A stretch of DNA of 64,000 bases from Octopus bimaculoides (taxonomy: Eukaryota): NCBI RefSeq assembly GCF_001194135.2, contig NC_068999.1:30363369-30427368 (forward strand), written 5' to 3'. Of the stretch, positions 25,601 to 37,200 are shown in pieces (positions within the stretch are counted from its first letter, which is position 1; each line of letters begins with the position of its first letter). Made by a program: the position numbers and the translations under genes. The notes below the pieces were generated by a model, which did no database searches, was not told where the DNA came from, and worked only from the letters and a program-made list of their open reading frames with translations.

Positions 25601-27564
25601 CATTGTGAATGTTAATAACTGTGCTTTGTTGAAATATGTTAATAAACCTGTCATCTGTTATAACTTTGGTTTCTTTCTTTACAATTCAATAGCTAAAAGA
25701 AATGTTAGATACAAATAGCCGTCTGACTTCTCATTCTTCTGCTCCTGGCCAAATGCAATCTACACCTTCGGACATTACCAGTAGCACCTCGGAGACCACT
25801 ACCACACAAACAAGTTCTTCATTATTAGGTTTGTAGCTCAATTCCAAACCATCATCTCTCTACTTTTCATTGAACAAAGTTCACAATCTTCAATGTTCAT
25901 CTTAAAAATAAGTAAATATACTGGGTAAGTTAGTTTTGAATATAAAAAGAGAACAGGATGGTCATAGCTGGATTGTCAGTCAAGTGCCACACAACTGATC
26001 AAAGAAACATGTAGACGAAATTTAAAACCACCAATTCTGTATGAAGTAAACAAGTACAGATTCATAGTTACAGTTATACTGTAACTTTACATACTTCTGA
26101 TATGATCAATATGTGGTCTGTATGCTTGAACACTCCACAAAGTCTTTTGGTACACACTAATACATTGAACAAAAAAAGCAATAAGACATATCTAGACTGC
26201 AACACTGCATGCTGGATCATGCAGTGTGGTGCTTATCTAGTTGCTGGTATGATACATCTGAAACGATAAATATATGGCATATATCTGCTTGACTGTGGAG
26301 TGTTTTTAGTGATTTGGTGTTTATCTATATGACATACACTACATGTTTTATCAGAGCTGATTTGTTGGTTATACTACAGTAATTATAATAACCACCAACA
26401 CTACCTGTTATAGCTATTAGCACTACTATAACCACTAACACTAACTATAATGATGACCAAAACTAACTACTTTAGCTACTACCAATTATTACTATAGCCA
26501 ATACTAATACTAACTGCTACAACCATCTAACCATCGGGAGAGCCTATGAGTGAACCATTACACAGGTGTTTGATCTGGTAGAAATAACAGCCAAATCTTA
26601 AGTAATTCTTGAGACTTGTAATGGAACAAGATGGTCACATTTGAAAAGTTTTTGGTCATAGGTATACCCCATCATAGTTAGCCTATATGTGACTGAACAT
26701 TAACTTGCAATAAAACAACATAATTTTGGTTTTTGGATAATTTTTATTGTATTTCAGTTTTTCTGTAACTGATTTAGTTTTTCATATAAACCTGGGTTTG
26801 CATATAACAGCTAGCTCACATATTTAATAAACCAATTAACTTACTAATTAGGAAACATTAAAAACAAAACAAAACAAAAGGCAAACAATTTTTTAAATAT
26901 TTTGTTGAGTAACCAATGATAAAATAGTTTTGAGTACAAAGTTGAGTAGATGATGTTTGTGTATGAAGGCACAGTTAATGGTTCATTGTGTCTATGGAGA
27001 CACAGTAGATGGGGTATGACATGCTGGATAAATGGCTTCTCCATGGTTCTCTCATCTTCACTAACAGCCCTCTGCTGCATAATCATCTTTAAAAGTTGTA
27101 CATTTTATATTTTTCTTACCTTCCAAGTAAAAGTTTCCATATATATTGTTTTTTTTTTATCTCTCTTCAGAAGAGTCATTGAGGGCTTCAACCAGCTGTT
27201 CCCCATCAACTAGCTTTACATTGACTCTGGAAATGAATAATGAAAATGAAGTATTGAGTATTGAAGTAGGAAGAATTTCATTCTTTTAAAATTGCTTTTC
27301 ACATTGTTTTTTTCATTCAGAAATGGTACCATTGCAAGTATAATGAAATGTTCTCCATGATATAGTTCAAACATACTGAAAAGTTCTTCATTGAAGAATG
27401 GCAGAGTCCCAAATATAAGGAGGACAGTAGTAATGTTAACTTCCTAGTTATGAATGGCTATTTTTGTTAACAAGGATTTTGTGCATGTGTACAGAGAGAG
27501 AGAGAGAGAGAGAAAGAAGTGTAGGTATATGTATATAGAATACAAATGTAGATATGTGTGTGAC

Positions 27565-27609
<45 letters not shown>

Positions 27610-29280
27610 ACACACACACATGAAGACCTGTTTGCCACAGCAAAATTAATACCAGTCACATTAAAAGCACCCAGTACACTCTGTGGAATGGTTGGCATTA
27701 GGAAGGGCATCCAGCTGTAGAAACCATACCAGAATGGGCAATGGAGCCTGGTGCGGTCCATGGCCATACCAGCTCCAATCAAACCATCCAGCCTATGCCA
27801 GCATGGAAAATGGACATGAAATGATGCTGATGATGATGATACATATACAGTGAGTTTTTAAGTTATTAACGACATAACATTTGTTTATTTTATTTAAAAA
27901 CTACTTATGGGAATTCAAAGAAATTTCCACAAAATGATGGCAACAGTTATATGTATGTGGTGTGTAAAAACTTGAGGTTTTGCACAAGTGTAAACAAACC
28001 ACAGCCATTTGCATAATTTCCACAAACTTTCAGAGTTCCAAGTTATTAATGAGTGGTCTGATAATCATGTAATTATGAGTCGTAAATGTGACTTAACAGC
28101 TTCAGAGAAATCTGTTATTACTTCTGTACTTGCAAAAGGTAAATCAACATTAGAAATATCTAAAATAATTGGAAGATCTCACCAAACTGTAAAAAAATTT
28201 GTTACAGCTCCTACGAAGATATGTAAGAGAGCTAACAATGGTTAGTCGAGGGCTGTTTCTGAAACTTTCTTCATTACAAATTAATCGTGAAGCTGTAAAA
28301 GAAGCCAGGTCCTACAAGTGGAGAACTTTTCAAGCACATTGGAAAACAACTGTGTCCAAAATTACCTGATGGCATCTTCTAAAAAAGTCAGTAAACCAGT
28401 GACATCAGTTAAAAGGTTTCCTTCTAACAAAATACACATACAAAATCGTCTGAAATGGACAGAAGATAACACGAAGGTTAGTTTTTCAAGTTTTGTTTAT
28501 GGACAAAACTTGTGCTTACCCTTGATGGACCTGATGGTTGGAGCAAGGGATGGGTTGTAAATGGAGGAGATTGTCATCAACACTTGAGATGCCAACAAGA
28601 GTGAGGAGGCATCGTAATTTGAGCAGATATTATTGGGGGCAATATGGTTGGTCCTTGGAAAGTGCTTGGCAGTGTTAAAATGACTGCAGATGCTTACATA
28701 GCCTTTCTGAGGAAGCACCTTGAAGCTTGGTTAACAAAGCAAACAATCACCTTCATGACAACCATAATATTCATGCAAGATAATGCACCTTTACACTTAG
28801 TGAAGAAACTACAGAGTATGTGCCACAATTAAGCTTCTTGGAAAATAAAGTGGACTCCCTGTTCCTTCAACTTAAACCCAATAAAAAACTTGTGGAGTAT
28901 TCCAAAGTGATGAGTTTACAAGAATGGATGCCAGTTTAGAAGCAAGGATGAACTATGGCAGGCAATAGTGGATTATTCCATGGTGTAACATCCAAGGAGA
29001 TCCAGAAATAAGCATGTTCCATGGACAAGTGCCTTTTCCAACTTATTTCAAACAAATGCTTATATATCCCTTACTAGCCAGCTCACCTATCATTTTTGAA
29101 TGCTGTTTATTTCTATTTCTTCCGTGTTTATGACTGTATGTGTTCATCTCAGTATGTACATCAAACAAGTAAATTGATATTTTCTTGTCTACATGAATTT
29201 TAATTACACATTACTAATAATTTGAAACACAGTGTATATGTATGTATATATATAGAAATGAATGTGGGGGTGTGTATGTA

Positions 29281-29311
<31 letters not shown>

Positions 29312-32300
29312 NNNNNNNNNNNNNNNNNNNNNNNNNNNNNNNNNNNNNNNNNNNNNNNNNNNNNNNNNNNNNNNNNNNNNNNNNNNNNNNNNNNNNNNNN
29401 NNNNNNNNNNNCCCCCCCCCCTCCTTCTAGCATAGATTAGATTAGTCATTAGTGTCAGGAAAAGAAGGATTTGGAAATGGTCAGAGATTTAGGGATACTT
29501 TAATTGAAAAATTTAACAAGAAGGAAGAGGAACTACAGATTTGTAACATAGATGGCAACTTGGAGTTCCTCTTGGACAGCTGGCTGAGTGTCACAGACCA
29601 AATCTGTGGCTGGTGCAAAGTCCCAACCAGACCTAAGGTAACATGGTGGTGGAATGATATTGTAGACAAGGCTATTAGAGTGAAAAAAACATGACTGGTG
29701 GTAGCAGAGAACCAAATCAGGTAGCTAGGAGGGAGGCTAGAAGACAGGTGTGCTTCACCAGGGAAGAATCAGAAAAGAGGAAGTTTGCCAATGTTTTGCA
29801 GTGTGAGGACCAGAGGCTTGAGGTATTTTGGACTGCAAAACAGTGTGTCAGAGAAAATTGTGACATGGTAGGAGAGAAGTGTGTTTGCATGGATGATGGC
29901 TCACTTGCGTTTAATGATTCTGCAAAGAAAGAAGCTTGGAAGTGCCACCATGAAAAGTTGTTAAATGTAGAGAATGCATGGGAGAAGGAGAGCCTGCCTG
30001 TTGTGGACCCAACAGAAAGGCTGGCTGTTTGAATCAACAGTAGCTTGGTAGATAAAACAATTAAGGATATGAAGATAGAGAAAGCCCCTGGCCTACCAGG
30101 TATCGTCGCTGAGATGCTTATAATATATGGCAGAGTTGGATAATACCTAGTCACCCATGTAGTTAATCAGGTTGTCTATGGCGGAGCCATACCCAATGAT
30201 TGGTGTAGCAACATTTTAGTCAACTGCTACAAAGGCGATGCCTTAGACAGAAATAATTATAGAGGCTTCAAATTGCTGGATCAGGTGATGAAAGTTATAG
30301 AAAGGATCATAGCTAGAGAGTTAGCCTAGATGAGATGCAGTTTGGATTTGTGCCAGAAGCACCATTGATGCTTTCTTCCTAGTGAGGAAACTGTAGAAGT
30401 ACTTGGCAAAAAATAAGCCTCTGTATTTGGTGTTTGTTGATATGAAGAAAATCTTTGACGTGGTCCCCCACTCCCTTACCTGGTGAGCAATGTAGAAGTT
30501 AGGGATAGATGTATGATTAGTGAAAGCTGTAAAAGCCATATACAGGGATGCTGTCAATAAGATGAAAGTCGCCAATGAGTGTAGCAAGAAATTTAGTGTA
30601 CAAGTAGGAGTCCACCAGGGATCAGTTCTCAGCCCCCTCTTGTTTATCATAGTCCTCCAAGTTATAATAGAGGAATTTAAAACCGGCTGCCCTTGGGAGC
30701 TCCTCTATACCAATGACCTTGTTCTTATGGCTGAATCACTACCAGAACTAGAGGAGAAATTTCAGGTATGGAGGCAAGGCCTGAAATTAAAGGGCCTTAG
30801 AGTTAATTTAGCAAAGACCAAAGTCCTAATAATTAGGAAAACAGACAAATCATAGATCCCTTCAAGGCGATCGCCCTCCTTGATATGTGGAAAAGGTATC
30901 AGTAGGAACTTATGGTGTACCCAGTACAAACTATGGATACATAAGAGATGCAACAGTATCACTGGAAGACTAACAGAAAAAGTAGTCTTTACCTGTGGCA
31001 ACTGTGCAGGTACATTAAAGACCAGAAATGTACAAAACATAGATTCCCTGAAATATCCTTAGAAAGACCAAGTTAGCAGTGGTGACATTCGTTCCGAAAA
31101 CATAGCTACTAGAATAAGAATAGGCTGGGCAAAGTTCAGAGAGCTACTACCTCTGTTGGTAACAAAGGGCCTCTCCATCAGAGTGAAAAGCAGATTGTAT
31201 GATGTCTGTGTATGAACAGCTATGCTACATGGCAGTGCGACATAGACTGTGACTGCTGAGGAAATGCGAAAGCTTGAATGCTCTGTTGGATGAGTAATGT
31301 CAATGTGCATATACAACAGTGTCAGTGATTTAAGAGAAAAACTGGGTATATGAGGCATCAGATGTGTGCAAGAGAGAAGACTGCTCTGGTATGGCCATGT
31401 AATGCATATGCATGAAGAGAGATGCGTCAAGAAGTGCTGAGCTCTCACTGTGGAGGAAATTTGTGGAGAAGGTAGACCTGTGAGGACCATGCGATGTGAG
31501 GTGACGAGGATGGCTCTTTAGTACCACATCACATGGCTGATACAATAAATATAAAATGAACAATATATATATATATATATGTGCCAGAGGGAAAAAGAGA
31601 GACACAACTGAGTAGAATGTTTAAGAGAAGATTTATTGATATGCTAATATGTGTGTCTGTCTGTGCGTCTGTGTGTACCATCATGAGGACAAAGTGTATG
31701 TGTGTATAGGCATGGATGTATGCATGTATGTTAAGTGCATATAAGAATAGCAATGAAGAAGAAAACTGAAAGAATCTATAATGAGAAGTTAGAAGAAAGT
31801 TCATAGGCACTAGAATGGGAATACCAGTTGAAATACTGTATCAAGAAGTTGCAGCCATGATGCTGAGCCAGTTGCGGTACATGTCATATGTGAAGTTGTG
31901 ACTGATGCTGCTGCCTGGATCACTTACAGAAGTTCTCACAGGTTGTATATTCGCTGTTGATCTATGATGAAGTAATTTATAAACAATGAAGTGTTGGAAC
32001 CTGAGTGAGTTGTGTGCTTAGAGATGTTGACTTAGGACAATGGTGGCAACGGAGATGGAGGTTGCTGAATGCTGTTGGACGAAGTTAATGAGTCTCAACA
32101 TGGCTTCTGTGGTGTTGTCGCTGGAACTGGCTGTGTCTTGTGTGGTCAGTGACTAGACCTTAAAAGGTCTGAAACCAAAGACGTATAATGAGGAAAAAGC
32201 TGGGTTTTTATAGGGTGCAGTAGGCTTGAAAAGTGTTTGAAAAAGGTTGTTCATATGATGCTATCTAAAGTCTTTGACTGGTGCTCCACAGTCTGTTGGC

Positions 32301-34228
32301 ACAATAAAGTAGGAGACAAATACCCATTTTCCTTAAACATAGGAAGAAACAAGTTTGGTGGGGCGCTCTTCTCTATGAATGCCTCTTTTTGAGGCTGCTT
32401 CTTCATGAAATAAGAGGAGCGTGATTGAATGTCAAACTTTTCATACTTAAGCCTTTTAGCCTTAAATTGTTAGATGACAATCAGTGGGATAGAACAACGG
32501 CTGAGGTTTCAGTGTTATGCACACCTATTTCTTTCAGAGGTCTTTTTGCAATTCTTCTGAATTGTGAAGTAAGTAATCCATTAGTATTGTGACACAAATA
32601 TAAGAATGATTTATCAGAAGACTACAAATATTTAACACAATTAAGATTCCCTGAGAGGGAAATAACATTCTGCATTGGATGAAATTGAAGATTGCGTTGT
32701 CTCAATTGGAGAGGAAAAACACAGCAAGTTTGGCTTACCTGAAATTCATCGAAATGAGGTGAATAATTTGATCATAGAAGTTTTGCGAGAAACTTCATAC
32801 GATATTGATTCATTAACAAGATTCCTTGAGGAAAATGTCCCGAAACTTTTGCTAAACCAATGACTTGCATATACAGCATCATTGACCAAGTGACACATAA
32901 GAGAAGACGATTATATTTTTTAGACGCACCAGGAGGAACTGAGAAAACTTTTGTTACAAATTTAGTGCTAGCCAAAGTCTGGCAGAAAAAGGAAATATCC
33001 TTAGCTGTAGTGAGCTCTGGAATTACTGTAACTTTACTCCCAGGAAGTCGAACAACTCACGCAACATTCACCCTGCCATTCAATCTAACTTCAAATGATA
33101 AACCTGTCTGCAATATTAGTAAAAGTTCTTCCCTAGCTCATGTTCTCATGAAATGTTCTTTGATCATATGGGATGAAGATACAATGTCCCATAATAGATC
33201 AGTAGAAACTATTAACAGAATGCTGTAGGATTTGTGCATTTCCAATTGTTTGATGCAATTGTTTGATACAGTACTTTCAGGTGATTTCAGATAAACTTTA
33301 CAAGTGATTTCCAGGGGAACATAGGCAAATGAATTGAAAGCATGTTTGAAATCTTTTTTATGAAAGATTTCTTTTATTCCTCATTTACCTTTAATATCTC
33401 TCAATATACCCTTTCAGTTCAAATGACTTCAATTTCCAATACTCCTGTCTTTTGGCCAGACTTTGAAAGTTGCTGGTTTGCAATTAGAAGTGGACTGTGG
33501 GGAGCAAGAACAGTCTTTTCATTTTTTCCCCCTACTGGTAAAACCTAAAACATCGTCTATAAGAAAGTTTTTACCATGGGATCACCGAACTAAAATTTGC
33601 AGAATGATTAATAACTTTGAATTGATATTGTCAACGTCACACTATATTCATCTAAGAAAAGTTATTTGTATTTTTGCTTGTTCAATAAATTGTAGTACAT
33701 ATGTTTTTAGTTTTCCTCAAACATTTACCTATCTTGTACTAGACATAAGCCAAAGTCTGTGTGTTGTTTGCTTCATTTGTAGACTGAAATACTATAGATC
33801 ATAGATCAGAAGTCTAAATGCAGACATGATAATATCGGCCAGAAGAAAACAGCTCTATCATTTACATGAAAGTTAACAACCATTTCTTATATATGTTCAA
33901 TACAATCTAAGTATATTCATAGTACAATTTTGGCAACTGTGTGTCTATGTTTTGTCTTACACTTGTTTCAGTTGTTGGATTGCAGCCATTCTATGGTTAC
34001 TACCTTGAAGGGTTTTTAGTTGAATGAATTGATCCCACTACTTTTTCCTTTTTAAGCTTGATACTTAATCAAGTGGTTTCTTTTTGCAGAACTGATAAGT
34101 TATACGGACATAAACAAATGAACACCAGTTGTCGAGTGGTGGTAGGGTACAGGCACAAACACATAAATATACATAGGTATACAAATATAGAAACAGCTGT
34201 TAGATATACAAGTATACATGTACATATA

Positions 34229-34261
<33 letters not shown>

Positions 34262-37200
34262 ATGTATGTATGTATGTATGTATGTATGTATGTATGTATG
34301 TGCCTACATACACACATACACACTGTGAGCTTCTTTTAGTTTCTATCTACCAAATTCATTCACAAGACTTTGGTTGGCTTGGGGCTGTAGTAAACAACAC
34401 TCAACTGAAGTACCATGCAGTGGGACTGAACACGGAACCGTGTAGTTGGGAAGCAAATGTCTTACCAGATTTACTGGGGATTAATAAGACTGAATGAGTA
34501 TTACATGTATAGAATTTAGTGTATGGTAGATAAATGAAATTATTTTCTCAGTAAATATTGTTTAATGTGTGGATCAATGTTATTGTCTCTTTCAGAGTGA
34601 AGACCCAGTGGAAGATGTCTATGTAGAATATGAAGTCATGTCCAATACATCAAGTGTTCAAATCTCCGACAGTGAAGACGACCAACCACAAGTAGCTATG
34701 GTAACCTATTTTCTAGATTTCCATTCTTGAGACAGTCCTCAAACCTGTCAGATCCTTTTCAGTCTCACAAGTTGCATGGTGACCACACTAATGTTGGCTC
34801 CATGAAAAACACCCCAACACACTCAGATAAGTGGTTGGCATTAAGAAAAGCAGGCTGTAGAAACCATGCCAAACCAGACACTGAAGCAGGAGACTGTCTT
34901 CCAACTCATTGGATCTTGTCAATCCCTTGCCAGCACTAAAGACAGATATTAGATGATGATATATTTGTGTGTATTTATGTTATTGTTACAGTTTAATCAA
35001 CTTCCCTCTCTTCAATTATGTGGCTTGTGTCATTTGTTAAAGATTATTATTATTAATGTGGCAGAATCATTAGAACACTTGTAAAAAGGCTTTGCAGTAT
35101 TTGTTCCAGCTCTCCATGTTCTGAGTTTAAATCCTGCTGAAGTTAACTTTCATCCTTCCTGGTTTGATAAAGAGAAGTACCAGTTAAGTACTGGAGTAGA
35201 TTGCGTTGACTACTCTCAACATTGTTGGCCTTAAGCTTATATTAGAGACCATTAGCTTTATTATTGGTATTGGTATTTCTCTTTGAAGCATCACTTTTTT
35301 TTTCTATATTTACCCTTTTTTTGTCATCTTTGACCATTGAAATTGTGATGAATGGTTTGCAGATGTATCTGGATTTCCACAGAAAATGTACTGCCCCAGC
35401 TGGAGTGGATGAACACTTGGTCATTGATTTTAGAAAATTTTCAGCTATATATTTTTCTCAAAAGATGACCAAGTTCAAGTGTAAATGGAGTTGTTGTTGT
35501 AAAAGAAAATGTACTTGTCACTCCTACTTTGTATGCCAATGACCACAACAATCGTAATCCACCAGCAAGTGTTGCACTTGCTTTTCCATTGAAAGTAGAA
35601 AAAAACTCACAAAACAGTAACAACAAAAACGACACTACTAACATCAACATAAAACTGCTGCAATAGTAATGTAAGCAACTGCAGCAACTATAACAGTTGC
35701 CACCATCATGAAAACAACCACAACAATGAAAACAGCAATAACATAATCAACAAACACAAGGTTCATCACCAGTAATGGGGATAAAAAAAACTCATCTTTC
35801 AACCATGCCACAAAGACTAATAGACTTCTTGTTCTCATGAAGGTAAAACCAGCTTAATAAAAAAAAATATAAGATTGATATTGTTTGTCCTAGAGTGATG
35901 TTGCTCTCAAAAGAGGAAGTTTTGTTTAAAAGAAGAAAAAACAAAGCCCATTATTTACAAGTGCATCACTTATGCAGGCAGTTAGTCAGGAATCCACAAT
36001 ACTTATCCCCAGCTGAAATGAATAAATGTCTGAAATTGTTGTGGCCCTTTGAAGTGTACGTTACCAGTGGAAAGCATAGTGGGATGGTGATAGCTGTTTG
36101 CAATAGTGAGCAGGAAGCTTGTAAAATGGCTACAACCTCCTACACCTCCTAATAGTTTGTTTTGATACCCATATATATATGGGGGTCATGTTACCAACAT
36201 CAGGGTCACAAACATAGATCCTTGTAGAGTCCAGACCAGAGTAATAGCTATGCTAGAGGAATATGGGGGAAATTTTAAGCATGAAGTCTTATAAAATAGA
36301 ATGGATACATTGAGTGAGTTCCCAATATTGGTTGCTCTGGAAGACTTGCCTGGTATCACAGGTTACTATTTCTGAGAATGCAAACAAATGCAGGTAGTTG
36401 TACAGGATAGAAAACCCAAATATTACATCTGTGACAAAGCAGATCATCTCAAAGCATTCTGCCACTCTGAAGAGGGGTTGAGAGTAGTTCATCACACTGC
36501 ACTATTGCTCCTAGTACTAAATCTGCTATAATAACAATGGGTATGTCCTCTCTGAATCCAAACAGACAAGTGCAGTGTTTCAACAACACTTCCTCAAATT
36601 GTTTGCTGTGATTGCCGAACAAGGTGACTGAGTACTGTGAAAAGCTGATTTCTGCTTATTAACAAGGTGGATGTACTGAGCCATTGTGTGGGGTGCAAAT
36701 TGCTGGATTCAGATCATCTGTTCTGAGCTGTGTTTTCATGTGCAAGACTTGTTTGCTTTATCTTGGCACTTTCTACTGCAACTGACAGCAGACTGGAAGC
36801 ATTCCCAGTCAAGTGAGCTGAGAAGTGGTGACATTGCTGAGGAAGGATTTAAACAAGGGGATATGATTCAAAACTTCAAATGCATAACTCATCTCAACAT
36901 GCCAAGAGTTTGGCAAAGGTGTTTGCCAAGATGCTAGTATTTATTATCAGCGGTGTACATACTTGTCCAATCCCTGACTGATCCATCCATGACAATTTTT
37001 ACTTTGTATGATGCATCATAGAGCTGGTTGGGAATAGATCTGATTTTAGGTAAGATGCTAGTCACTTTAGATCCTTGCTACCGGGTTGCTGTCCTAAGAG
37101 CTCTCAGATTTGTTCTTGTCATCAAAGGCTGGATTGCTACAATGTAAACTAGTATCTGTTTTGTGGTCAAATTCAACACCCACCTCTCAGAACCAGTTAG

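Noticed and set aside
34058-34497. ORF-track proteins such as MYVCMYVC and HTHTHT (also 2138-2768, 27444-27782, 29200-29449)
   Set aside because: These are translations of microsatellites or N runs, not genes.
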